In this document: piece by piece, positions 39,633 through 52,712 of the stretch
How the letters are laid out: the number at the start of each line of letters is the position of its first letter
Position numbering within the stretch: the stretch's first letter is position 1
Assembly: GCA_030704615.1 (NCBI GenBank)
Contig: CM060734.1
Span: 46,748,001-46,812,000, forward strand
Direction of reading: 5' to 3'
DNA length: 64,000 nucleotides
Source of the DNA: Takakia lepidozioides
Taxonomy: Eukaryota > Plantae > Bryophyta
The notes under the pieces: model-generated
Database searches by the model: none
Seen by the model: only the letters and a program-made list of their open reading frames with translations
What the model was told of the DNA's origin: nothing
Made by a program: the position numbers and the translations under genes

Positions 39633-40236
39633 ATTATGAATAATCTCCTCACTGGAAAGAAAAAACGCAAATTTTACCCATGGAATAGAAGTTTCACTAA
39701 ACATGGGACTATCTTCCAGACTGACTTGGCCACCTCTCCTTCCACTCCTAAAATTCAGCCTGGTTTGATGCCAGTAGGAGGATTAAATGTTCAGATCAGA
39801 TAGACTAGCCACATTTGTGAGTCTGATCCAATGGAGAAGTTCACCGAGGTCAAATTTGCAGCACACTTCGCACAGGGCACCTATTGTGCACGTTACATGA
39901 TGTTGGTCATGGGTGGAGGCAGAGCAAACTACAAAGTGCCCATCTCAACTCAGGTTGAGGATCCCATCCACTATGATTGTCCATAGCTCTGCATTTAAAA
40001 GTTGTCTTTCATCGAAAAAGGTGGCCTGCATAGCGCAACATTAACCATGGCCCCCAGTGACATGGCAACATGTCTGCAGCCATCATAAACTCAGCATTGA
40101 ATGATATTAGAAGAAAAATCAGGGATCTTAAATGGCCTTGAAAATGTCAATACATTACATCTATCGACTCTTACAACAACACTATCATCTCAAACAACGC
40201 ACAGGCCAGGTTGCACCGGCAAAACTTCTGAAAAGT

Positions 40237-42264
40237 TCATTGTTGCCGTTTGCGGTCAATCTTCCGTCTGGAAACCTTCACATATGGTAGAAGCCCACCA
40301 AGGTACTGAAGCTTGGGGTTCCAATTGAGCTGCTGAGCACGGCAAAACTGCAAAAATGTGTTGCCGAAATAGGAATTGAACCCCATAAACACATGCCACA
40401 AGGCATGTCCTTGTGGATTTACACGGAACTCTGATACCCGATGACACAAGTTCCGGTCAACCAGCCAGCAGGTTGCTCCACACACTAAGCACAAAATATA
40501 CCGGTGTGCCAACCTCCGCACGGGGGGATCCGTAGTGTGAATGTAGTACTTGTACATTCGAGGGAGGCAAAGCAACGCCAAAAACACATAATGGAGCTGG
40601 AAACCTACCACAAAACGGAATTGCGAATGAAGGACGGCAAAGATAGTCCCATAAAGAAAGAGGAAAGTCGGCATTGTGCTCCGATAATGCCAGTCCGGTG
40701 AATAGAGAACATAGATGTAGAGGAGCATGACCCACACCATTGGTGTCTCATCACTCTGTTGCTGACTGCACGCAAATCAATATCCCACCATGCACAAATC
40801 CCGTTGGAACTTCCATTAGAACATATATGACACTGAAGCATGGCTAGCAAATTGTTTTTGAATGAGGAATCCACACATCAGAAAAGAAACCGACACCCTT
40901 CTTCAACCATTGAAACTGCTCAGTTTTATCTGTTTACTACAAAGACAACCCAACTGAGTACTCTGTAACTGAAAGAAAACTTCTATTTTGCAAACAGTGA
41001 GTATGACACCACCCAGAAAAAGGTGATACCTTCGGAGGTGATATGGAAAGTAAGAAAAGAGCACCAGCACAGCAGGACATAAGGGAATGAAGAATGATAA
41101 TGATGATGTGATCCATACATCCTCTTGAAACTATTTCCAATTCGAATTCATTGTCCTTAATCATTGCAACAGTTGTTTGCTAATCCTTTCCCTGGAGAAA
41201 CTGTCCACAGGGAAAGCAAAGACATGGGAAACTCATTTGAACAATCAAAAGGGAATTATGATAGATGCAAAAGATGAAAATAAGCAGACCTGTAAGAGCA
41301 ATATGGACCAAAAAAAACCCAAACTACCAATCCAGAATTAATGTAATAGCAATGACAAGAGAAGTGATGTTGCTATGTTTGTAAGATTGAGAAAGACAGA
41401 TAGGACTTGGATCTGCCCAGCCTAAATGATGCAGCTAGGTCCAATAAAGAAAATAGGCTTCAAGTGCTTTCACTTAGTACATTTATGACTTCACATACAT
41501 GTTCCCAATAATACTGAGACGGGGATAGATTATCTCAGCATTTTACAAGGGATAAAACCATGTCCTGCATGTCATACATAGGTAGCAAGCTGTGAATCAA
41601 CTGCTACTATGAAGTGGCTACCACCACTACACCTAATGAGCCACTAGTAAGTTGTGGGAATCTTTTGAGTATTCCCACTAAATAAGATTAGCATACAGAC
41701 TAACCACTGACTTTGAAGCACCACAACAATACCCATTTCTATGCTAGCACTGAAAGCTTGCTTAAGTTCTTCTACTATGCTTAGAGAATAAAAGCTGCGA
41801 TTCAAATGTAGCCAGAAGAGATTGTCATACATGTTCTCCCTCAAACACCAAATAACAAAAATCAGTCAAAGTTTTTTGGTTAAATCAGAGAGCCAGATAT
41901 TCTTTAGGCGCTGATACTGCTTCTAATTATTAAAAGCATATTCAATTTCCACATATATCAGACGAGAAGGGACCAGACCAGGGACTTACGCATGTTGTAG
42001 GGTGGCATGGAACAGGATGCTGCCGATGCCAAGCGCAATGGTAGAGAGATGTAGAACACTAAATCTACGCTCAAACTTTTGGCGAATAGAGTTGATGAGA
42101 CCAATCAACGCCAGAATGATGCCAGGAATGCTGGATATGGTGTTAAAGAACTCTGCAACATATGGGGTAACTTCATAGTTCTGTTCACACCACTCAGTGC
42201 TAGCCGTGATTGGCCCCCAGTAGCCCCGCCATTCTGAAGTGTGAAGAGAAGCATCTCCAGCCAT
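40237..42264 (-). CDS. ACER: Alkaline (phyto)ceramidase, CREST superfamily, 267 aa; exons 42264-41990, 40765-40237
   Basis: YWGPITASTEWCEQNY...AEFFNTIS, GSILFHATL, QQSDETPM and PQGHALWH (Zn-binding His residues); phase-2 GT-AG intron joins the two exons in frame. Confidence 0.93.
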
Positions 42265-43274
42265 TCCCAGGCAAAGGCCCAATTCGGCGTAAGCCTCCTC
42301 CAGAACCCACGTTAGTCAACCGAGTATAACTCTCCCAACATCTTTCATTGTAACTGCCGATTTCGACTTCGACATCCAATAAGAACTAGATCAAACCTGC
42401 ATTGCAAAATATCCCAACAATCATGTATCGAGGGAACTCTTCAAATGCCGTGAGGAATGGGTCTCAGCTGTAGCCTGTCCCTCAGGACATAATCTCCCGG
42501 GATACTACCCTCACGAAGTCAGGGGAGAGAATTGCTTGTAACATCTAGACACTAACACAAAATAGGAGATCTTTTCATATATAGCTAGTGTTAAATATCA
42601 AACTCTCCCCCACATGCACATGCCAATCGCATTCCCCACTCGCCATAACACGAGTCCAAAGAGATCCAATCGGTTAACACAACATAAACACTGTTAGGAC
42701 TCTCTCAAACCAAATCTCGCACAGAGCAAGAGAAGGAACGAACTGAACCTCCGAAACATGTGAGAGTCTACTATCCATCAGATGGGGCACGCGCATGCTG
42801 CCACATGACTGTCTTTTATCGTTCTTCAATGTGCTGCCCCTATTCGCAGCCAATTGTCTGTTTCAGTCTCTCTCGCGAGGGAGCCTGGTTAGGATGGCAA
42901 CAAAAACACACCCATGTCCGCCCAATCACAATCCGTCTGTCTGCAATCCAAACTCTCAACACTCATCCCTGCAACCTGCTCTGCACAAACTCAAGAAGTA
43001 ACAGTGCCCGATCGAAAGCACATGCTGCTGCCTACTCAGAGAGACAGAAAAAAAACACCAGCAATACCCAATTGTTGATCACCTTACAAAATACGCTAAA
43101 CCCCGAGAATCTTTTGGAGCATCTCACAAACCCAAACTAGTACGACTTTCAAATCTCGCTGCTTCTACATCCCGCAGCCTCGGAGCCCAACTTTTTGAAA
43201 CAAGTAAGCCAACCCGATGGGCAGCTCAGACAGGCTCAGGGATCCCACTGGCACACCCTGACATGCACCCCACC

Positions 43275-43360
43275 AAACCCTAATCCTTGCAAGAAGCGGG
43301 AGCGCCCCCGAAGACCGAACGGGCGCGTTACCCAGAGAAAGACCCCTCTGCCACGTGCCA
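43275..43360. promoter_or_regulatory. Probable ceramidase promoter elements (telo-box, G-box)
   Basis: AAACCCTAA at 43275 and GCCACGTG near 43350 in CpG-rich sequence upstream of the minus-strand gene. Confidence 0.4.
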
Positions 43361-45154
43361 TCTCCAAGGGGCACCCCCAATTAGGGCTTTTCTTTTTTAA
43401 GGGCTTTTCTTTTTCTTCACCCACTAACTTACTCAGGAAAAATACAACATCGGACAGTCATTTCATCAGGCTCATTGTATTTCAATCCGTGTTTGTTTGT
43501 TTGTTTGTTTTGAGGAAAACTGAGCCAATCAACCCTTTTGAACTAGCCATTGCGTCCGGGGGACGGAACGGGAGGTCGACGAAACCAACTGGGGATTGAA
43601 CCCAAGACCCACGTGTAACTTAAAGAAAGGGGATAGAAACCCGAAGGGAAAATATTTATAAGACAAAAGAATTAGAGAAGGGCATACAGTTTTTTTTTTT
43701 TTGGAAGGGAAAGGCTATTTGCTTGGTCAGGGGCGGTTTCCCCTCTGTAAGCCTTCAGGGCCCTGTTTGGTGTTACTTAAAAGGGAAGGGCGGCGCCCAT
43801 GAAAACTTTTCTTTAGGATTATTGGATTGAAGAAAAATCAAAAGCTTTATTTTCTTAGGGTTGGATATATATGTTAGGTTGTCTATCACTAATTTTGAGA
43901 TTAATGGACCACGGAGTTGATAGGAGTTCAAATCATGTTACCTAATTGCATAGTACTCTGAAATTGCATTATCTTCTTCCCTTTCACCTCTTTAGTCAAA
44001 TAATGGAATTTCGGTATGTTTATTGGAGTGATTTGTATGGGGCAAAAAATCGCCAAATTTCGACCTAGCAAATGACCAAGCTACTTGTACAAAGGAATTA
44101 TGGGGGATACAACCGGAAAAAATTATCATAATGCACCACTGGTGGAATATCAGGTGTCCCTTTGGACCCGTCAAAACATGCCACCTGTCTAAACATGCAA
44201 GCTCGTTGTTTTCGACACATGGAGCATACACAACCTGCCAGCGATTTCTTAAAAAATGAAGAAAGAACAATTATGCCAAATACTTCTCTTGTTAGTTTTA
44301 AAAATTCATGGCTATCCCCCATGCATACCTTAAGCTACGTAAAAGAAAGCTCTTTATATAAGACAAAAAAATTGTTAAATTTATGGTCTTGTTCCTATCA
44401 TGGCTCATTCTCATATTTTGTACATGGGATGAAACCATTTAATCCTTAAGGGCCCAAATCCCCACCACCCCCCCCCCCCCCCCAAATAGTGACATCTAGC
44501 AGAGTTAACTAAGGCTACACACCTACCTTTTTTGTTTTTGGTATGAAATTTGAGCTTTGACTAAACTATTTGATTTCCACTCTGCACTTTTAAAATGAGT
44601 CTCCAACTTTTCAGTCATCACTAGAAATTTTTTGGGATAAGAAGGTAGGTAGCGAACTTAATCATGTTGCTCTATCTTGTGTGCATAGGGTAAAAGCACC
44701 CCTCATGGTCCATGTGCCCCATACTGGCGCTCAAAAGTGTGCCCATGGTGCAAAAAAACATCCCCATTTTAGGAATGTGTCATGCTGGTGTGCTGTGATA
44801 GGCCACAAAGCTTATCCGAAATGAATGAACCACACCACACCTATGTTCCATTCTTTTTTTTTACCTTTGATTGTTTTTTATGAAGTTGCATTGGGACCAG
44901 TGCCGCCCTGCTATATAAAATTTGCTCCACCTTCTTGGGGCTCCTTTGGTGATCATGAAGTCACCGGGTGAATTGCTAGATCGATAGATTATCTGGATGT
45001 TTCAATTGATCCGCAGCGAGACGGACCACATGACCCCTCACTTTACATTCAAATTATCCTAGGTAGATGAACTTCACTGAAAATTGTTCCACCTACAAAA
45101 TAATAGGGCACATAAAGAGCTTTCCAATGGCATCTTTAAAATGGTTGTAATCCA

Positions 45155-45335
45155 GACAACCAGCATGTAGCCCAGCGGTAATGGGCACATACCACGTTGG
45201 ATGTGGTTGTGGGTTCAAACCACCGTCTGGTGTGTCATAAAGGTGTTCACCTTCCTGCTGGAAGGCAGTAGTCCTTCGGGGTCAAGTGACACCATAAGTT
45301 ACGCTCCCTTCGGGAGGCGTCATACTTTACTTTTT
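45155..45335 (+). mobile_element. Full-length tRNA-derived SINE, family A (181 bp)
   Basis: A box TAGCCCAGCGG, B box GGGTTCAAACC, TACTT/T-rich tail, and an exact 13-bp TSD TGGTTGTAATCCA at 45142-45154 and 45336-45348. Confidence 0.9.
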
Positions 45336-45376
45336 TGGTTGTAATCCAAGGTACCAATAACAATATCTTTGCCATG

Positions 45377-45554
45377 GACAACCAAGTTTGTAATCCAATG
45401 GAAATGACACATACCATCTCGGAAGTGGTTGTGGGTTCATTCCATCAATTGGTATCGCAAAGGTGTCCCCTTCCTGTTGGAAGGCATTTCTTGAGTTTAG
45501 CCCTTCAGAGCCAAGAGACACCATGATTTATGCTTCCTTCAACCTACTTACTTT
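45377..45554 (+). mobile_element. Older adjacent copy of SINE family A
   Basis: Same GACAACC start, GTGGTTGTGGGTTCA, GGTGTC..CCTTCC-N4-GGAAGG..GACACC and TACTT tail. Confidence 0.75.
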
Positions 45555-46478
45555 CATGACAGGGCCAGATGTTAAATCACGAAATTGCTCTAGGTAGATG
45601 AACTCTAATGGAAATTGCTCCAACCACAAAAAGATGTGCCACAATAAAGCGCTTACCAAAGGTGTTCTTTTTTTCCTAAAGAATATTTTATTTAACCCTT
45701 AAGGGCCAAGGAGACCCATTCGGGAAGTAAACTTTTCAATGTATTTTTTGCATATTTTAAATATCTTTTAATAGTTCCAACTTCATTTACATTTCTGAAA
45801 ACATGGCCCACCTTCTCACATTGAAACTAGTAAATTTTATCGACTTCTTCGACCTATAGATAACGCTTGGGTCATGAAATTGGAGCATGCGAGAAGGGCC
45901 ACGTAGAGTTGACTTTCTACGTGGCGAGACATAATGGGCCCATAGTTGGGCTCACTCTAATTGTAACTTTTATAAATTCTACCATTGGACTAGTTTTAGT
46001 GTAAAGCAGGAATAGGGTGTCGTGGTGCCACACCATCGTCAGCCACGTCATCGTCGTAATTTTTCTGACAATATATATATATATATATATATATACAGAG
46101 CATTTTGAGGATGTTTTCTGCTGTAATATTGTTTTTTTCCTTTCGTCAACGTCGACATTTTTTTAAGCTACCCAAAAAAATGAATTTTGAAATTTTATTT
46201 TTCAAATATGTTCTAATATCAGTTTGTTCATTTCTTTTGTTGGCTCCTCCCTTAAGAGAGAGACCAATACACGGAGATGTTTTTCTCCTGATGTACCTTC
46301 TCCAATAAATAGCCATTTGCAATAGATTCTAGACTTTTCAACCGCCCATTGTTATCCACCCATCCATTCAGGTTCTTGAGGAGAAGGAAAGTTTACCCTC
46401 CATTTTATATAAGCCATTGGGCATACACAAGAGGAAACGTCAGCCCTAGACCGACATGTCACGAAACACACCATACAC

Positions 46479-47212
46479 CACTACAACAGATCGCGGTATT
46501 TATCACTGCATATATAACTATCCCGCAGTCATAAACGATACATATGACTATCATAACTGTAAGTTGTGCATACCGCGTGAATAGAATGACTACATGATAG
46601 TTCAGTCAGGATGACTACAGTCAGGTGAACCAAACTGATATGTCTCATTGCAGTCATATATACCATATTGCAGTCATATATTTATCTTTCGCTCATAACT
46701 CTACCGCGCCACGTGGCGAGTCGTAACTGCATTAAATAAATAAATATTTTTCTAAATAAAAAATATGTTAGATGACACGTCGCACCACATTGCACCACGT
46801 GGCATGATGCATTTTTATAATAATAATAATAACCACATGGCAGCCCATCTAGGATACCACGTGCTATCTCTAACTCGTCTACTAACCCTAGGGCTATCAT
46901 ATCCATTTGATTGTACTTGGAGGAATTTGTAGTCATGGTTTTCCTGACTTTGATCATGATTGCACCATGTTTTTATATGAAATTGATCTCCCGCAATCGT
47001 CGATTATCAAATTAGTCGTCTGTATAATTACATGGCTCCGGAATGGGCGGAAGGCTGGTCAATGACAATTTTAGCTCACCACTCATAATCATTTCCATGA
47101 CGACAGTGTACATTAATGAGGTTACATAGTCATGAGGATTACTGGGAATTTTGTCATTTAGTGTGTATAATATATTATTATATATAATTAAAACACACGA
47201 TCTATTGTAGTG
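46479..47212. mobile_element. Non-autonomous CACTA element (734 bp)
   Basis: TIRs CACTACAACAGATCG / CGATCTATTGTAGTG; 3-bp flanks CAC/CAT (TSD with one transition); ATGACTA/TAGTCAT subterminal repeats; no ORF. Confidence 0.85.
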
Positions 47213-47799
47213 CATACAGGACATAGCAAGAATTGAACCCACTTATCCAATTGAGCTACCAAGCCGCAAGAGAAATTTAGGTTTAGGAAACCAGAGAGCC
47301 CGACGTTGTGCGTTGTTTCTTTCCTGGTGCTCTACACGATTTTTAGCGGGTTTTTAGCTTCTCTACGGGGCTCCTTCGGTCTTGTTCGCACGCTCGAGAA
47401 GCATCCCATATGTGTAGCGGTGTTTAGGTAATTTTTTTCTTCTCCACTTCAATTTTTTCAGTCCCATATGACCTATTCTCCTGTGCGGAGATGATTGTCC
47501 GCTATGTTCCATACTCTACCTCTCATTTTCTTGTTCTGGTTGGCATTTGTTTTGTGAGGTTTTTCATTTCCAGTTACTAGTATCAAGGGGCAAGATCTAT
47601 GCATTATTGTTGTTGAGGCAGGAATAGAGTGCACGTGTGTAGATGCATAAATGAGTACATTTTTATTTTCTGATCATTTTTTATCTTTAGTCAGGCAGTT
47701 TCGGCATTCTACGGCCAAAACATGACAAATTGTTAATTATTTGGGAATCGTTGATAAAACACTTAGAAATTTAATCAGAGTCTAAACCGACCATGGAGA

Positions 47800-49270
47800 G
47801 GAACTCTGGCATCAAAATGACCATAGGAAGTTGCATCAACAGCATGTTATGCTACCAATTTGGTATCAATAGCGGCAAGTTGGGTCTGTTCAACCGTACC
47901 AGTACGACTGTTTGATGGCGGGTTGCGATCTGTCTGTTTTGCCTTTTTCTCATTTCACATAGTGATAGGACTTGGCAATTTTAGAGTTAGTTTGTATAGC
48001 GATGAAATATCGCAAAACAGCAGGATGTTGTATCGGAACTGCGGCAAGTGGAGACGACTTCAGAAGCAAAGTATGGGCGAACCAACGGTGCAGAGTTAGT
48101 TGGAGATGACTCATGAGCTTTCAGATCAAGTGGGAAGACCAGAGAGTCCCAAGAGCACCACCATTAGATTATTTTCCAATGAAGCATCAAAGTTTCATAT
48201 ACGACGAATCCATGAAGAACGACGTTTGGATTATGTTTTTCCAACTCCGATTGTCTTGAGAATTTTCAAGCTACTATGGAGGACCTAATCATAATTTATC
48301 ACCAAGTTTTGTGATCTATGGTTAAGGTTAGCAATGGCACCGAATTACAAGGCCTAGGGCACTTGCGGCAATCGATTGATTGGTTTTCTATTTTATTCAT
48401 TGGTGGAAAAACACAGATTCGCCCTAGAGGTTGTTTGGATGTGAAATGCCACCTAGCCATCTAAGTGGAGGATGAAGAAACATTTGTTAGTCCTCTTTTC
48501 ATGATTTCCATCAAATCTTAGTTTATTTCATTCTATCATTTTTAAACTATAACTCCCTCTAGTTTATACTAGTTCAATATTATTTTCCAGTAGTTTATTA
48601 GGCCCATAATTAGTATAAAAGACAAGCAAGGCTCTCTTGTTCTTCACCTAGTTTCATTTGCTTGCTTGTCTCTTTTTTGGTGTTGTAGTCTAGTTGTTAG
48701 TATGGCTAGAGGAAGCTTATATCCTATAGAGTAGAGCTTGAGCTCACTAGTATTATGAAAGCATTTTAGAAGCTAAGGGGAGGGGTCCTAGCTTTTGTAG
48801 GCCTTTGAGCCATTTAGTATTCGTAAAGGAGGAGTTTGTGTACACCAAAGAGTAGATGGAAGACTTGGAGACGAGTAGGAGAGCCGAGGGTGGACCGAAT
48901 TGATGAGCACCAAAGAAGGGCCACAAAAAGTACCACGCCATTGAGCCATTAGAGCACCACAAAGCACCACTTGCTCTTTAGGGTGATCCACCATTCCCCT
49001 TTGCATTTGATATTTGATATTTTCCAATTGTGTGTTCAAGACAAGTCAAGAGTGGTTGTCTCATATTTGCTTTGAAAAAACCAGCCCTCTCTAAGTGGGA
49101 GGAGCTTCTTTGTTCTTATGTGAAGTTATGCATTTGTGAAAGGAGGAAAGACTCCATAAGGCTTCAAACTATTCTTCTTGTGTTGATTTTCCATGTATCT
49201 TGTGACTAAATGGTAGAAAAAATCTAAGATTGTAGCACCTGATAGCCTCAAGGGGAGGCCTTTCTACTTT
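47800..49270. mobile_element. Possible LTR-like remnant abutting and truncating the hAT transposase
   Basis: Non-coding, with TATAAAA near 48614 and an LTR-like composition. The transposase loses homology near 49280. Boundaries not resolved. Confidence 0.25.
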
Positions 49271-49279
49271 GATACTCCG

Positions 49280-51005
49280 ATATGCTGTCTCCCCCTGATT
49301 TGGAGGGGCCAATTTCATGATTGTCCGTATCAATCCCGCTTTCGCATCGACATCATCTCTCAACATGTTGTTGTCCAGTAGAAATGGATTCAACAATGCC
49401 CCAGCACCATGCAAGTCTGTAGTGGCCATTTTCCATCGTTTCACAAAAGCCGCCTCGGCCCTTCTCGCCAACTCTGCATCTAGTGAGAATGGAGGGTCTT
49501 TCAATGAAAATACGTGTTGTTGAAGGTTCCTCAATAGCAACCATGCATTTCCCATAACTGGTTTCTTTCCATCAAACTCCCGTAACACAACAAGGGCTGG
49601 CTCCACCATGTGCATAAAATTCTCGCACTTGGACCAGAAATCATCTGATCGAATGGTCTTTCTGACCTTTCGACTTTTGCTCAGTGACTTGTTCTTCCGA
49701 GAGTCCCGCAACGTCCGTACGTGGACGTCCCATTGTGGGTTAATAATAGTGTGCTCGAGCGCGGACCTCACAATCACCAACCTGTCCACCATCAGGAAGT
49801 TGGTGGCAAACCGAATTTCTCCTGGATTCTTTAGGCTGTATTTTGGTTCGTGCCTCTGGTTTTGGATGAACTTCACAACAGACTTGGCCTGCTTCACAAG
49901 GTCTTTCACCCATTGCTCTTTTCCCCAATCTTCTAGCAGTAGGTCGAGGATATGAGCACAACATCCTTGATAATACATGTGAGGGTACTAAGCCAAAAGT
50001 AACTGGGCCATATTTCTCATGTTCGAGGTATTGTCCGTACAAATTTGCACAATTTTCTCCGGTCCAACAGAATCAATGGCTTTCGATACCACTAGAAACT
50101 GGTAACGTGCATCCTTCCGTTCCCCGGTTGTGTCAATAGCTCCTATAAATTGTTCCCCCGCTGGACATACGAGCATGATGTTGAATAATGGTCGGTTTAT
50201 GACAGAGCTCCAACCATCGGCACATAATGTACTTCCATATTTTTGCAATGAATCCTCGGTTCGATCTGTTACTCGTTTTGAAAGGCCAATCATGGCCTCT
50301 TCCAAACAATCCCGTACGTAGAGCATTGTAAGGAGGTGGTGTGTACGTTCATTTTGACTCCGAAGTTGTTCTCACAGCTGAAAGAAACGATGGGAGCCGT
50401 GCCACGTTGAATGGTATGTTGGCCTCATAGAAAAACGTTGCCCACTTCTTATCTAACGCCCTCTTCACTGTCACGTTCAATCCCTCCAAAATGGATTGTT
50501 GTCGCAAGATTGTACTTCTTTGAGATCCTCTTGTATCTTGTGGTGTGATTGCATCTCGACCCCCCTGTCCCAATGTACCAGATACCTCGCAATAGTCCCT
50601 TTGCGTACAACTGAATGGTGCTTCCGGACGCAAACGTGCTGCTTCTGCATGAGGGGGATTAATCTCCTTACCGCAATTCGGTGTGTTGCCTTCTACAAGG
50701 TTCGCTTCCTCCAATGGCTCCGGAACAACCCCTCCACATTGCGCGAAATGAGCTTTCACCCGCATGGATGCTTTTGAGCATAAACCCACCCCAGGGTTTC
50801 AACCGTTGCAATCCTTGTACCCCAAATGAGCCAGCATCCGATCTTTGCAATAATGCAATTTATTCCAACAAATCTTGCACTCAACACAGTCCCTTGTTTG
50901 CGGAACTCTTATGTACCAAGGGGTCCACTCATTTTTTATTTTGTAGAGGGATCCTACGGTAATAATGAAGAAAAAGAATAGTGGATCCAAGAGTGGATCA
51001 CACAC
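49280..51005 (-). pseudogene. hAT transposase pseudogene (BED finger + DUF659 DDE core), C-terminally truncated
   Basis: VECKIC...RMLAHL (BED), FFYEANIPFN, TLCADGWS, QICTDN, CCAHILDLLLED, RFATNF and GALLNP; in-frame stops at about 50800, 50350 and 49989 and a frameshift near 50330. Confidence 0.92.
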
Positions 51006-51372
51006 TTCAAGTGATCAAATGCGGTGTATGCCAACAGAATGGCATGAACAGGAAAGACCTCTCTTGTAGCCTCCTCTTGCGCACCACTCTCATATAAAGA
51101 ACGGTGTACGTCCCAACTCACAAAAGTGGATGCCACAAGTGAAGTAAGAAGGTGTCTCCACGAAGAGCTTATATACTGTCCCAGCCTCCAGGCAACCGTT
51201 GCCACACACTCGGGCGACCGCCAAGTACTCCCAACGGTGTCTGCCACGTCAGCGGCGACCATCTTTCAGCGGTCGCCCGACCCCCAGCCCCTCCCCGCAA
51301 GGCCACCGGCGGAAGGCAGAAGCCCCGCCCCCCCTGGCAACCGTACCTGTGATTTAACTGTGTACCCTAAAA

Positions 51373-52712
51373 CCTTTCAACCAATTTTCATAGACCTGAT
51401 AATTGACAGGTACTCGTGAGAAGGTATATCTATGTCCAACACAATCGCAAAAATTGAAAGCAATCCAAAATCATTTGAACATCGAACGATGGGTTCACCC
51501 TTTGAATCAATTTTGATTGACCTGATACTTGAGAGAAGCCTGTGACAAGGTATGTCCAACACAGGTGCAAAGATTGAAAGCAATCACAAATTCATTTCAC
51601 TAGGAAACGATGAGTTCACCCTCTCAACCAATTTTGATTGACCTCATACTCAACAGGTACTTCTGACAACGTATGTCCAACACACTTGCAAAGATTGAAA
51701 GCAATGAAAAATCATTTTACCAGGGAACGATGAGTTCACCCTCCGAACCAATTTTGATTGTCTAATACTCAACAGGTACCTTTGACAAGGTGTGTCCAGC
51801 ACACTCGCAAAGATTGAAAGCAATCAAAAATCATTTGAACAGCAAACGATGGGTTCACCCTTTCAATCAATTTTGATTGACCTGATACTCGACAGGTCCC
51901 TCTGATAAGGTATGTCGAACACACTCACAATGTTTAAAAGCAATCCAAAATCATTTCACCAGGGAACGATGAGTTCACCCTCTGAACCAATTTTGGTTGA
52001 CCTGATAGTTGAGAGGAGCCTGTGACAAGGTATGTCCAACACACTCGCAATGTTTAAAAGCAATAAAAAATCATTTGAATAGCGAATGATGGGTTCACCC
52101 TTTGAATCAATTTCAATTGACCTGATACTCGACACGTACCTTTGATAAGGTATGTCCAACACAATCGCAATGTTTCAAAGCAATAAAAAAATCATTTGAA
52201 TAGCGAACGATGGGTTCACCCTTTCAATCAATTTTGAACGACTTCATACTTGAAAAGAGCATGTGACAAGGTATGTCCAACACACTCGCAAAGATTGGAA
52301 ACAATAAAAAATCATTTGACCAGCGAACAATGGGTTCACCCTTTCAATCGATTCCGATTGACCTGATACTCGACACATACCTCTGACAAGGTATGTCCAA
52401 CACCCTCGTAATGTTTGAAAGCAATCAAAAATCATTTGAACATCAAACGATGGGTTCACCTTTTCAATCAATTTTGATTGATCTACTTGAGAGGAGCATG
52501 TGACAAGGTATGTCCAACACACTCGCAAACATTGGAAGCAATCAAAAATCATTTGAACAGCGAACGATGGGTTCACCCTTTGAATCAATTTCGATTGACC
52601 TGATACTCGACACGTACCTCTGACAAGGTATGTCCAACACACTCGCAATGTTTGAAAGCAATCAAAAATCATTTGAACAGCGAATGATGGGTTCACCTTT
52701 TCAATCAATTTT
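51373..52712. repeat. Satellite array, about 120 bp x about 11, upstream of the hAT transposase
   Basis: Unit CCCTTTCAATCAATTTTGATTGACCTGATACT...GACAAGGTATGTCCAACACACTCGCAA..TTGAAAGCAATCAAAAATCATTTGAACAGCGAACGATGGGTTCA recurs with about 120-bp period. Confidence 0.95.

Noticed and set aside
45155-45335. A/B-box sequences as tRNA genes, and the SINE body as a hammerhead or HDV ribozyme
   Set aside because: No complete cloverleaf; the TSD and tail indicate a SINE. The hammerhead core (CUGANGA/GAAA) and the HDV pseudoknot were not found on either strand.
44438-45710. TTAA-[CT]CCTTAAGGGCC motifs as piggyBac-like ends
   Set aside because: Both are in the same orientation, with no inverted partner or transposase.
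47230-47262. Minus-strand A/B-box remnants (also near 33285, 34865 and 43595)
   Set aside because: Too short or degenerate to delimit; probably SINE debris.
51373-52712. Regular repeat array as a CRISPR locus
   Set aside because: Whole 120-bp units are homologous, with no unique spacers and no cas genes, in a eukaryotic context. The ORFs here are repeat by-products.
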